From positions 930,001-994,000 of the forward strand of contig OZ251243.1 in the NCBI GenBank assembly GCA_965240325.2: DNA of 64,000 bases. Direction: 5' to 3'. Of this stretch, positions 23,267 to 34,335 are shown piece after piece. The notes beneath the pieces were generated by a model, which did not search any database, was not told the origin of the DNA, and saw nothing but the letters and a program-made list of their open reading frames with translations. The first letter of the stretch is position 1; each line of letters starts with the position of its first letter. This DNA comes from Rebecca billardiae RCC1528. Lineage: Eukaryota > Protista > Haptophyta. The translations under genes and the position numbers were made by a program.

Positions 23267-24508
23267 CTAGTGGCCCGACGGCTTGGCGAGCGGCTGCCCG
23301 ATGTCTGCGAGCAGCTCCTTGAACCACGGGGCGGACGTGTCGAAGCGCTTGCCGCCCTTGATGCGATCGAACTCGCACGCGCGCAGCTCGCCGCCGCGCT
23401 CCTCATCATGCCCGATCACGCCGACGGTGCGCTCGCCCGCGCACTTGACGGCGAAGACGCAGCACTCCTTGATCAGCTCGCGGTCCGCGTAGTTCGCCGG
23501 CGCCGCGCGCGCGTAGTACCCGCTCTTCTGCACGAGCGTCTTGTCCGCGCCGATCAGCTTCGAGAAGTGCTCGCCGAACCATTTGCCCACGTTCACCGCG
23601 TCGAGCTTGTAGTGACCAAACGCGTCCTTGGGGACCTCGGTGCCCTTCGCCTCGAGCTCGCGCACGACGTCGCGCACGCCCGCGCCCTCGGAGATAAAGA
23701 TGTTCACGCAGTCGTACTTGTCCATGATCACCTTGAGCCGCTTCGCCTCCTCCTCGACGTTGATCTCGCACTCGGGGATGTAGACGGCGTGCACGCCCAG
23801 CCGATGCTTGTCGACGAACAGGTCGGGGAGCGTGGGGTTGCGCGTGACGTAGTCCATGTACTCGCGCGCGGTCGCGGCGGTGAGCCAGCCGCAGTCGCGG
23901 CCCATCACCTCGTGCACGATGAACATGCGCGGGTTCGCCGTCGACTCGGCGACCACGTTGGCGAAGAACTTGCCGCCGTGCTCGGCGGCGGTGAGCGCGC
24001 CGAGCGACTGCTTGATCGGCACGACGTCGTTGTCGATGGTCTTGGGCAGGCCGATGACGTAGAGCGGGTAGTCGTTCTGGCGGAGGAACTCCGCCAGCGC
24101 CGCCGCCGCCACGTTCGTGTCGTCGCCGCCGATCGTGTGCAGCACGTCCACGCCGTCCTTGACCAGCTGGTCGGCCGCGACCTTCTGCGGGTCCTCGCCC
24201 TCCTTGACGAGGCCGCGCTTCACGCAGTCCTTGACGTTGGTGAGCTTGACGCGCGAGTTGCCGATCGGCGAGCCGCCGTGCAGCTGCAGCGTCGCGCACT
24301 CCTCGCGGATCTTCCGCCCCACCTCGATCGAATCGCCGAGCAGGAGGCCCTTGTATCCGCCGCGGTAGCAGATGATGCGCGTGTCGGGGAAGACGCGGGT
24401 GTACTCCTCGATGAGGAAGCCGACGGCGGACGAGAGGCACGGCGCGATGCCGCCGGCCGTGAGCATCGCCACGCACTTGGGCGGGGTGCCCTTCTTCTCC
24501 TCGGCCAT
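23267..24508 (-). CDS. pfp: Pyrophosphate-dependent phosphofructokinase (Propionibacterium-type, ~410 aa)
   Basis: LTAGGIAPCLS, GGSPIGNSRVK, IGGDDT (second Asp indicates PPi specificity), PKTIDND, EVMGR, QKSGYYAR. Confidence 0.92.
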   Translation of the reverse strand: MAEEKKGTPPKCVAMLTAGGIAPCLSSAVGFLIEEYTRVFPDTRIICYRGGYKGLLLGDSIEVGRKIREECATLQLHGGSPIGNSRVKLTNVKDCVKRGLVKEGEDPQKVAADQLVKDGVDVLHTIGGDDTNVAAAALAEFLRQNDYPLYVIGLPKTIDNDVVPIKQSLGALTAAEHGGKFFANVVAESTANPRMFIVHEVMGRDCGWLTAATAREYMDYVTRNPTLPDLFVDKHRLGVHAVYIPECEINVEEEAKRLKVIMDKYDCVNIFISEGAGVRDVVRELEAKGTEVPKDAFGHYKLDAVNVGKWFGEHFSKLIGADKTLVQKSGYYARAAPANYADRELIKECCVFAVKCAGERTVGVIGHDEERGGELRACEFDRIKGGKRFDTSAPWFKELLADIGQPLAKPSGH

Positions 24509-24716
24509 TTTTGCGCGCGCGCGAGCGGGTGACGGCGGTCCAAGGCGGAGGCACGCGGCGGCGTCCTGTACGCGGCTGAAGCGGCACCGTGCGCGCACTG
24601 GCGTGGCGGGGCAAATGTCCGGCGAGCTCGCGATTGGCTGGCGGCGCGACGGCTAGTGTATTGACACAAAAGCGCGACGAGCTATTTACCCGTCGACGCC
24701 AAGACGAGTGGGACCG

Positions 24717-27700
24717 ATGGCAGTGCGCGGCTCTCGCGCGCTGCTCGCGGGCTTCGGCCGCGCGCTCAGCCGCGGCACCGCGTCGTCGTCGCGCGGCGCG
24801 AGCACGCCACGTGCGCGCGCGGCGATCGTCGCCTCCACCGATGCCGCGAGCATCGCCCCGCCGCCGCCGGCCCCGAGCCGCGCCGCGTCCGCGCCGGCGC
24901 ACGAGCGCGCGCCGCGGCTGCCGCGGCACACGCGCAGCACCGTGAGCATGGACCGGCTGCGCGCCGTCTCCCTGCCGGAGGAGGTGCTCGCGCTCTGCTC
25001 GTGGGGCGAATCGAGCGCGTCCGCCACCGACCTGTGCGCCGCGTGGCTGCTCGTCGGCCGCGTGTCCGCGGGCTGGCCGCCTAAGCAGGCTCATTCCTTC
25101 TTTGCGCAGCATGGCGACGCCGTCACGCGCCTCGGCACGCGGCTCGCCGCGCACGTGCACGCGCTCTCGTCGGGGGAGCTGGTGCAGCTGATGCACTCGA
25201 GCTCCGCGCGCACGCCCGTCGCGGCGTGCGCCCAGCAGGCCGCGCGCACACCGGCCGAGGCGGCCGGCACCGAGCTACTGGAGCGAGCGCGCGCCCTCCG
25301 CCTTTCGCCGTCCGAGCTGAGCGCCGCGGCGAGCGCGGGCGCGCGCGCCGGGCTCGACGAGGCGCGGGCGGTGGTGAACGAGTGCGCCAACTCGGCGGCC
25401 GCGTGGCCGCACGACGCGCTCGCGCGCGCCTCGCACGCCCAGCTCGTCGCGGGCGCGTGGGCGTGCATGCGCGAACGGGCGCGTGTGGACCCGCGCGGCG
25501 CGAGGCGGCGCGCGCGCGCCGTCGGGACGGGCGCGGGCGCGGCGCAGGCCGAGGCTCCCGGCGTGTCGCACGCGCTGTTCGGCGCGCTCACCGAGCGCCT
25601 CGCGCACGCCGAGCTCGACGAGCTCGCGCCCTCCGACCTCGCCCTCGCCGTGTGGGCGCTCACGCGCTACGCGGCAGCGGAGGCCGGCGGGGAGACTGGC
25701 GGAGCATTCGCGGACGGGGCCGCCGCCAGCCGCGACGGCGGCGCGGCCGGCGGGGGCCACGGCGCGGGCGGCGCGCCGGCGGCAGCGATCGCGGTGGCCA
25801 GCGCGCTCCGAGCCGTGGGCGAGCGCATCGCCGAGCAGAGCGCGCCGCCGGGCGCGGCGGGCGCGGCGGGCGCGCCGCCCGTTCTGAGCGCCCTGAGGGC
25901 GGAGGAGCTAGCTGCGTTTGCGTGGGCTTACGGGGAGCTGAGCTGGGCGCAGGCGGCGCGCGCGGGGCAGCAGGGGCCCGCGGGCGGCGCGGGGCCGGGC
26001 GCCGAGGACGAGGCGGAGGCGTGCGCCGTGTCCCGGGCGTGCGCGCGCGCGCTCGCAGCCGTCGCGCGCGCGGCGCAGGAGCGGGTGTGCTTTGGCGACG
26101 CCGCCCGCCGCGCGGCGCGCGAGCCTGCCGGCGCGTCAGCCGCGTCAGGCGGGGCGGGCGGCGCGTCGCAGCTCTTCGGCTCGCGGCAGAGCGCCACCGT
26201 CGCCTCGGTGCTCGCGCGCACGCTGCGCGCGCACGTGGCGCTCGACGCGCCGCCCGCGCCGCCCGCGCCGCCAAGCGCGCACGCGCCGCCGGGCGTGCGC
26301 GCGCTCGCGCCCGGCGCCGCCGACGCGCGCGCGGACGAGTCGCGCTCGGCGCTCGCGCCAGACGACGATGCGCGGGTCGACTTTGAGCGCGCGGCGCACG
26401 ACTTCTTCGGCGCGCTGTGCGCCGAGCTGGGCCACGCGCCGACGGCGCCGGCGCGCCCGCCGCCACAGCGGACGGACGCAGCGCCGCGCGCCGGCGCCGC
26501 CCTCCCGCCCGACGGCAGCTTGCCGGGCGCTTGGCCGCCGCCGCGCGTCGACATCGTGCACCTGGCGCACGCGCTCAGCGAGCACGCGCGGCTCCGACCG
26601 CTCTCGGCAGTCGCCTGCTTCGCGCCCGCGCGCGCGCGCGAGGAGGAGGGCCGCGCGCGCGCGCTGTGCGCGCTCGCGCGCGCCGCGCTCGCCCGCGACG
26701 TCCGCTACCTCGGCGCCGAGGAGCTAGCCCGGCTCGCGAGCGCGCTCGCTGTCGCGGACGTGCGCCCGACGGCTGACGCTCCGCGCGCGCCGCTCGCGCC
26801 TGGCTCGGCGGTGGGCGCGCGGTGCTGGCGCAGCCTGGAGCGCTGGTACCGCAAGCTCGCGGCCGAGGCGGCGCGGCGCGCCACCTCGCTGCCGCCGGCG
26901 CACGTGTCCACCCTGGCGCGCGCCGTCGCGCTCACTCTCGACCCGGCCGACCCGAGCGCGGGCGCGCGAGCCGCGGATGGAGGTGGCGGCGGCGGCGGCG
27001 GGCGCGGCGGGCGCGCGGCGGGCGACGCGGCCGGCGGCGCCAGCGGGGCGGACGACGGCGTCGCCGCGGGCGGCGTCGGCCGAGCCGGCGCGCGCGCGTC
27101 GCCGACCCAGCGCTCGCTTGCGCAGCTCGCCGCGGCCGCGTGCGCGCCCGGCCCCGACGGCGTCGCCCCGGCGGCGTCCTTTGCTCAAATCGCTCGCGTC
27201 GGCTGGTCTCTCAGCGTGGCGCGCGCGCTCGCGCTCGTGGGCGATGCGACGCTCGCCGAGCTCATCGGCTGCGCCAACGCGCTCTACGCGCGCGAGCGCG
27301 AGCAGCTCGAGCGAGCGGCCGAGGCGCTCGGCGCGCCGGGCGCGCGCGATGAGCCCCGCGATGGCACGCGCGCGCGCGCGGCCGTGCCCTGGCCGGGCGC
27401 CGAGCCCGCCGCCGCCGCCGCGGCGGTGGCGGCGCTGCACGGCGCGGACGCCGAGCCGAGCTCGCGCGAGGCGCACGCCCTCGTGCAGTGGCACCAGCTG
27501 TGCAACTGCGTGCGGTACGAGCTGGACGACGGCGGCGCGGCGCACGGCGCGATCCGGCCCGAGCTGCGCGCGCTGAGCGCGCGCGCCGCGGCCGCGTGGG
27601 CGCCGGGCGTGCTGCACGAGTCGTCGAGGCTGCACGCGGACGTGGCCGCCACGCTGCAGCGGCAGCTCGGCCTCGAGGCGGCGGTGGAGGCGCTGCTGCC

Positions 27701-28010
27701 CGAGCTCGCGTACCGCGTCGACCTGCTGCTCGCTCCCTCCGCCGGCGCGCCCCCGCTCGTGATCGAGGTGCATGGCCCGGCGCACTACTCACGCGCGCCC
27801 GGCAGCGCGGCTCGCTCCTCGGCGATGCGCGCGCGCCACCTGCGCGCCGCGGGCTATGCGCTCGTGGAGGTGCCCTACGCCGAGTGGGACGCGCTCTCCG
27901 GCCGGCACGCAAAGGGCTCGTACCTCGCGCGCAGGATCGCGCCGCACTACGCGCGCGCGGGCGGCCGGCTCGCACCGCGCACCATCATGAACCCGTCCGG
28001 GCTTTTCTGA
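24717..28010 (+). CDS. Helical-repeat RAP-domain protein (FASTK/OPR-like organellar RNA-binding)
   Basis: C-terminal YRVDLLL..PLVIEVHGPAHY...MRARHLRAAGYALVEVPYAEW. ELAAFAWAY/DLALAVWAL helical repeats and an Arg/Ser/Ala-rich N-terminus. Confidence 0.8.
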   Translation: MAVRGSRALLAGFGRALSRGTASSSRGASTPRARAAIVASTDAASIAPPPPAPSRAASAPAHERAPRLPRHTRSTVSMDRLRAVSLPEEVLALCSWGESSASATDLCAAWLLVGRVSAGWPPKQAHSFFAQHGDAVTRLGTRLAAHVHALSSGELVQLMHSSSARTPVAACAQQAARTPAEAAGTELLERARALRLSPSELSAAASAGARAGLDEARAVVNECANSAAAWPHDALARASHAQLVAGAWACMRERARVDPRGARRRARAVGTGAGAAQAEAPGVSHALFGALTERLAHAELDELAPSDLALAVWALTRYAAAEAGGETGGAFADGAAASRDGGAAGGGHGAGGAPAAAIAVASALRAVGERIAEQSAPPGAAGAAGAPPVLSALRAEELAAFAWAYGELSWAQAARAGQQGPAGGAGPGAEDEAEACAVSRACARALAAVARAAQERVCFGDAARRAAREPAGASAASGGAGGASQLFGSRQSATVASVLARTLRAHVALDAPPAPPAPPSAHAPPGVRALAPGAADARADESRSALAPDDDARVDFERAAHDFFGALCAELGHAPTAPARPPPQRTDAAPRAGAALPPDGSLPGAWPPPRVDIVHLAHALSEHARLRPLSAVACFAPARAREEEGRARALCALARAALARDVRYLGAEELARLASALAVADVRPTADAPRAPLAPGSAVGARCWRSLERWYRKLAAEAARRATSLPPAHVSTLARAVALTLDPADPSAGARAADGGGGGGGGRGGRAAGDAAGGASGADDGVAAGGVGRAGARASPTQRSLAQLAAAACAPGPDGVAPAASFAQIARVGWSLSVARALALVGDATLAELIGCANALYAREREQLERAAEALGAPGARDEPRDGTRARAAVPWPGAEPAAAAAAVAALHGADAEPSSREAHALVQWHQLCNCVRYELDDGGAAHGAIRPELRALSARAAAAWAPGVLHESSRLHADVAATLQRQLGLEAAVEALLPELAYRVDLLLAPSAGAPPLVIEVHGPAHYSRAPGSAARSSAMRARHLRAAGYALVEVPYAEWDALSGRHAKGSYLARRIAPHYARAGGRLAPRTIMNPSGLF

Positions 28011-28263
28011 TGACTGCCTGTTCGATCCCCAGTCAATGTCATAAGTACGATGATGATGATCAAACTGTCTAGCGTCTTGAAGTAGTAATAGTATATATTT
28101 CGTCTGCTGATGGCACGGATATCTGCGAGGACGCTTATTGTGACGACTTGACACTTGTCGTCTGACGACCGCCGTCACCTCAATCTCTTATCTCATCGTC
28201 GAAGCGGTGAACATGCATCAGCACCATGAATGAGACGTCACGGTTGCATCGGGGCGCCCGGCA

Positions 28264-28769
28264 CTACCTGCTTGTCCTGCCGCGCCTCGCCCGCTTCTGA
28301 TCGCGCTCGGCAGCGAGCCGTGCCGTCTTCTCCTTGCGCACGCACGCCTTGAAGCTGTTGGCGCGCACGGGGTCGAGCTCGCCCGGCTCCAGCTCGTCGG
28401 CGGCGTACACTGTGGTGTAGCACTGCTCGCTCTGGCAGCGCAGTACGCAGTTCGGCTTGAGGTCGGCGTCCCATTCGGAGCACGGGCCCTCCTCGCACTG
28501 CTGCCGCTCAATCTTGGTCACGCGGTCACCGGCTTTCTGTGGTGCACAGGCGATCGCACGGCCGCCGGTGAGCAGGCGCGGAGCACGGGCTGGGCGCGGC
28601 GCGCAGGCCATCGCGCAGCCTGAGCACGGTGGCGACGAGCAGTGGCGTGTGGGCGCAGGCGATATGATCGGCGCACCTTGGCCCGCTTCTTTGCCTGTGC
28701 TGCAGGGATGCTCGCCCCCATGAGGAGCGCCACGAGGCAAGCGGCCGCGCACCACTTGCGGGCCGCCAT
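28264..28769 (-). CDS. Secreted small Cys-rich protein, DUF4787-like. Exons 28769-28677, 28536-28264
   Basis: Signal peptide MAARKWCAAACLVALL; intron 28537-28676; NCVLRCQSEQCY..VY...ELEPGELD...SFKACV. Confidence 0.75.
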
Positions 28770-28872
28770 CGCAGTGTCTGAGCACAGTGCACCGGCTGCT
28801 GCGTCGTGCGTGCGAGCGCAAGCAACGGGCGGTGGACTCGCAGAGTGGAAAAGTGGAAAACGCTCGTCCAGC

Positions 28873-30267
28873 ATGGCGCCTCGCGCGAGGTGGCGTGCGG
28901 CCACCATGGTCCTGCTGGCCATGCTCGTTGAGCTCGACGGGCGCGCCGCCGGGGCGGACGACCCCGACGTGCTCACGCCCGAGATGTGCCGCATCCAGTC
29001 CATCGGCTCGCAGAACAAGTCCAACTTCCCGACCGCGTGCCTCCCCGCGGACTCGAAGCGGGCGGAGTGCTCGCGCGGCGACCTCTCGTACCTCGTCGAG
29101 CTCGAGCCGAGCCTGATGCCCATCTGCCAGCCCGGCGCGCGCGTGCACACGCGCGACCTGAGCGGCTCCACCCGCCCGCGCGCGAGCATCCTCGAGCTGC
29201 TCGCGCTGCTCCCGAACGCGACCGTGATGATGGTGGGCGACTCGACGATGCGGCAGCTGTTCGACGCGGTCGTCTGCGACCTGCTGCGCGAGCGGCTCTT
29301 CACGTGCGTGAAGGGCCCGCGCTGGCGGTGCAGGCGCGTGTGGCGCAACCTCCACGGCGCCGCGCTCGCCTTCGTCCGCGCCAAGCACCCGCACGACCCC
29401 TCCAGCTGGACGGACTTCCACCTGACGTACCTGCACGGCTTCCCGCCCTCCGAGGAGGAGCTGTGGAAATGGCTCGACCTGGGCGCGGTGGACGTGCTGC
29501 TGTTCAACTTTGGGATCCACTACCTGCTCGAGCCGCCGAAGAACCGGCGCGCGACGAGCAACGTGAGCGCGTACGTCGGGCACATGAGCGAGATGCTGCG
29601 GCGCGTGTCGCGCGTGCATGCGCGACACCCGGCGCTCCGGCCGGTCTTTCTGCAGTCAGTTGCGCAGCACTTTGGTTGCAAATCGGACTACTTCAACTCG
29701 GATTCGCCGAAGGACACGCCGCACCGGTGCACGGGCGATTGGGACTCGCGCGACAAGACGAGGTACGTGCTCAACGCCCAGGCCATCGCCACAGCGGCGG
29801 GTGGCGGCAGCGGCGGCGGCGGCGGCGCTCCACGATTGAGAGCAGGCGGCAGAGGCGCGGCGAGCCGCGGCGAGCGCCCGGCGGAGTGCGCCTGCTACGA
29901 GTTCGAGGCGCCGGCCGAGGGCGACGCGCTAGTCAGGTCGATGCGCGCGCAGCTGCACGGCCAAATCGGCGACGAGCTCCAGCTCCAGCTCGGCTGGCGC
30001 AACGCGCTCGCGATGGACCTGCTCGGCCGCAAGTTTGCGCGAGAGCGTATCGGCGTGCTGCGCTGGTTCGAGATCACGGCGCCGCGCTCGCAGTACCACC
30101 GGATGAGCTGCTGCACGTCGATCAAGTCGACATGCGACTGCACGCACTACTGCTACAACGAGGTCATGTATCACGAGGGCTTCGCCGAGTGGGCGCGCGT
30201 GCTCAGCAGACTCGATTCCGCCGGGCTCCAGGCCGACGCTGGGAATCCGGAGCGGCTGGGAACGTGA
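28873..30267 (+). CDS. SGNH/PC-esterase (TBL-like) acyltransferase/esterase
   Basis: MMVGDSTMRQLF, LLFNFGIHY and DCTHYC motifs; N-terminal hydrophobic segment. Confidence 0.8.
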   Translation: MAPRARWRAATMVLLAMLVELDGRAAGADDPDVLTPEMCRIQSIGSQNKSNFPTACLPADSKRAECSRGDLSYLVELEPSLMPICQPGARVHTRDLSGSTRPRASILELLALLPNATVMMVGDSTMRQLFDAVVCDLLRERLFTCVKGPRWRCRRVWRNLHGAALAFVRAKHPHDPSSWTDFHLTYLHGFPPSEEELWKWLDLGAVDVLLFNFGIHYLLEPPKNRRATSNVSAYVGHMSEMLRRVSRVHARHPALRPVFLQSVAQHFGCKSDYFNSDSPKDTPHRCTGDWDSRDKTRYVLNAQAIATAAGGGSGGGGGAPRLRAGGRGAASRGERPAECACYEFEAPAEGDALVRSMRAQLHGQIGDELQLQLGWRNALAMDLLGRKFARERIGVLRWFEITAPRSQYHRMSCCTSIKSTCDCTHYCYNEVMYHEGFAEWARVLSRLDSAGLQADAGNPERLGT

Positions 30268-30978
30268 TAAGTGATTGATGCCTGATGGAGGCATCGGCGG
30301 GGGGTACTAACATGTAAAGTAACCGTGCACGGTCCGCGGCGGTCGTCCTAGGCCTCCTAGGGCTAGGACCTAGCGACTCTACCATCAGTCTGAGACGGGC
30401 CAGCATCTGTCAAATCACCAAAGAGTAAAGGCCAAAGGGCTTATGCCTTATCGATCCCTCATCCCGGCCTGGCGCCGCTTCGGCGCTTGGCGCTTATTCG
30501 GACCGCCGGGCCGGCGACTCGGGCCGACTGGATTCGGAGCTAGTCGGGACGACGACGATACTGTCGATATATAGCGCGCCGTCGGACTGCTAGCACGTAT
30601 ACTCTGCTGCTGTATTAGTCTGACTAGTGACTCATCAATCATCACTATATCTAGTAGACGTATACAGGGTCCCCAACAAATGTTCGGACACTGCGATTTT
30701 TGCTGACTACTACTCAGCTGCTGACGATGAGATGGGCCACTTTGGGCCAGGGGCTCACAGTGAGTATATTATATCTATATAATATATCTATATCTATATA
30801 TATCTGCCGTCGCCGCCGCGTGCCCCAGGCCGAGGCGGTGCTCCATCCCGGCCCCGCTCCCGTAGGGGGGCAGGGCTGCGGGTGGCGCACTGTCTGACCT
30901 GGACGGAAGGCGCGGACGCATTCTATGTGTCTGTTGCACTCTGAGCCTGACGCTTGTCCGATGCTGCCACGTCGTTAA

Positions 30979-31645
<667 letters not shown>

Positions 31646-32735
31646 TTTGTGGGATTTCGTTCCACGGAGAACATAGTAGTGCGAGCGGCAGCCAGCGCTC
31701 GGGCCGAGTGCGCGGCATGAAGGGCAGCTCGACGTCGACACTCGACAGGACGCGCGGAGTGAGTCGGATCGTCGACAGAGCAAGACCGAGGAACAGCACG
31801 CGGACGACGGAGGGCGCACAGCGCCGCCGACGCCCCAGCCAACCCGAGCCCGACAAGCAGGGGTGGGCGGGTGAGGAGCTTCAAGCTCAGCACGAGATGC
31901 AGGCCTGAGTGAGGCACTGGCAGGGCCAGCTGCCGATCGAGCAGATCCGACCGAGATCGCGCGTCGAACGATGCCGGTCAGGCACAGCGGCGGATCTCGA
32001 GCAACGGGCACATTGAGCCAGGGGCACATCCGCAGGCTGGTGGCGGCAGCCATGAGCCGGAAGAAGACGAGCCGTCTTAGCCGCAGCTCGACGCCTGATT
32101 AATTTGAGCGTCAAGCTCACCCAATGGCAAAATAATCGAGTACCGTATGATGCCGAAACTCGTCCAACCGAGAGCAGCGCGGCGTGGCACAACCCAACGG
32201 GCAGCAGTCCAGGGTCGTCGTCGTGCGTGCGTGCGCAGAGCAGGTTCAAATGTTTCGAGTGGCACTGGAGGATAAGGGCGCTGTGCATGGCAATAAGAGC
32301 GCGTCGGCGGCCACTCTTATTGTGCTCTGGCCGCCAAGCTTGTCATAGGCTGCCAGCATGCCTGCATGCCAGCATGGCAGATTGGTGCCAGTGCGGCGTG
32401 GCAATGCGCTCTCCGCGTCCTCCTAGACAATCCATTATTGTAACCAGCACCGCGCCAATAACACCACATATATTACAGGCGCAACAAGTCACTCTGTTCA
32501 CTAAGACTATACAATATAATAACTCGTCAGCGAGGTCCCACGACCCTTCTGGCCATCACAACAGGTCGTGTGGCCAGCGGCGGCTGCGGTGACAACAACG
32601 CGCGAGGTTCCACCCTTCTGGCCATCACAACAGGTCGCGTGGCCAGCGGCGACTGCGGTGACCGCGAAGGCGCAGCCTGCGTGACACCACCGCCAGAAAC
32701 TTCGGCTGCGCCGCCGGTGCGCTTCCGCTGTCGCT

Positions 32736-34072
32736 TTAGGCGCCGGGCCCGGTGCTCAATACGCTGTCGACGCTCGAGACGCGCTCCAGTCTCCGTTTGC
32801 TTGCCATGCTGTACTCGACCATGCCGGCCAGCTTGTGCTCAGCGCACCGGCTGGCGCGCGCGTTGCCCGGCATGCCGAATGAGGGCCCCTTGGTACAGCC
32901 TGCGTGATCACACTCTGCCTTCTTCTTCAAGCGGACCATGCCAGCCAGCTTGTGCTCCGCGCACCAGCTGGCGCGCGGAGCGCCCGGCATGCCAAGCAAA
33001 GGCCACTTGGTGCAGCCGGCGTGATCACACTTGGGGTTCCTCACATCGACCATGCCAGCCAGCTTGTGCTCAGCGCACCGGCTGGTGCACGCGTCACCCG
33101 GCATGCCGAACGAAGGCCACTTGGTGCAGCCTGCGTGATCACACTTTGGCTTGTTCAAGCGAACCATGCCAGCCAGCTTGTGCTCAGCGCACCGGCTGAC
33201 GCGCGCTTCGCCCGGTATGCCGAATGAGGGCCGCGTGGTGCAGCCGGCGTGCTCACACTTGCGGCTTATCACGTTGACCATGCCGGCCAGCTTGTGCTCG
33301 GCGCACCGGCTGGCGCGCGCGTCACCCGGCATGCCGAACGAAGGCCCCTTGGTGCAGCCTGCGTGATCACACTTGCGGTTCACCACGTCGACCATGCCAT
33401 CCAGCTTGTGCGTAGCGCACCGGCTGGCGCGCGCGTCGCCCGGCATGCCAAACGAAGGCTGCTTGGTGCAGCCGGCGTGATCACACTTGCGGATCATCAC
33501 GTTGACCATGCCATCCAGCTTGTGCTCGGCGCACCGGCTGGCGCGCGCGTCACCCGGCATGCCGAACGAAGGCCCCTTGGTGCAGCCTGCGTGATCACAC
33601 TTGCGCTTCACCACGTCGACCATGCCATTCAGCTTGTGCGTAGCGCACCGGCTGGCGCGCGCGTCGCCCGGTATGCCGAATGAGGGCCGCGTGGTGCAGC
33701 CGGCGTGATCACACTTGCGGTTCCTCACGTCGACCATGCCATTCAGCTTGTGCGTAGCGCACCGGCTGGCACGCGCGTCGCCCGGCATGCCAAGCGAAGG
33801 CCACTTGGAGCAGCCGGAGTGATCACACTCGGGGTTCCTCACATCGACCATGCCAGCCAGCTTGTGCTCGGCGCACCGGCTGGCGCGCGCGTCGCCCGGC
33901 ATGCCGAATGAGGGCCGCGTGGTGCAGCCGGCGTGATCACACTTGCGGTTCACCACGTCGACCATGCCATCCAGCTTGTGCGTAGCGCACCGGCTGGCGC
34001 GCGCGTCGCCCGGCATGCCAAACGAAGGCTGCTTGGTGCAGCCTGCGTGATCACACTCGGGCCTGTTCCCAT
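32736..34072 (-). CDS. EsV-1-7-type Cys/His repeat protein, 11 x 38-aa repeats (possible 1-nt frameshift just after ATG 34072; first in-frame ATG 34016)
   Basis: Tandem CDHAGCTxxPSFGMPGDARASRCAxHKLxGMVxxxxxx units (114-bp period) match the EsV-1-7 motif pattern C-x4-C...C-x2-H..GMV. Confidence 0.85.
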
Positions 34073-34335
34073 GCCGGCTAGCTGGTGCTGCGGCTCGGCC
34101 CGCTGCCCCACTCGTCTCGTCTCGTCTCCCGGCTGCCCCGGCCGAGAGGCCGACCGTAGTGCGCTGGCAGAGCCAAAGTAAGTTCAAAGACGTGGTATTT
34201 TGTTATGGACTCGCCGAGACGCCGACTTGACAGAAAGGCTGCGCCCGAGCACGCCGGCTCGCGAGCATCGCCCACGGCCGCGGGATTGCATCGTTGCGTC
34301 CGGCGGCTCGGCGGGCGACGGCAGACTCAAGCCGC

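Noticed and set aside
30663-30692. TA-CAGGGTCCCCAACAAATGTTCGGACA resembles a Tc1/mariner TIR
   Set aside because: I found no partner inverted end or transposase in the window.
32544-32661. Two ~50-bp direct repeats downstream of EsV-1-7 gene 1
   Set aside because: Simple local duplication with no further structure.
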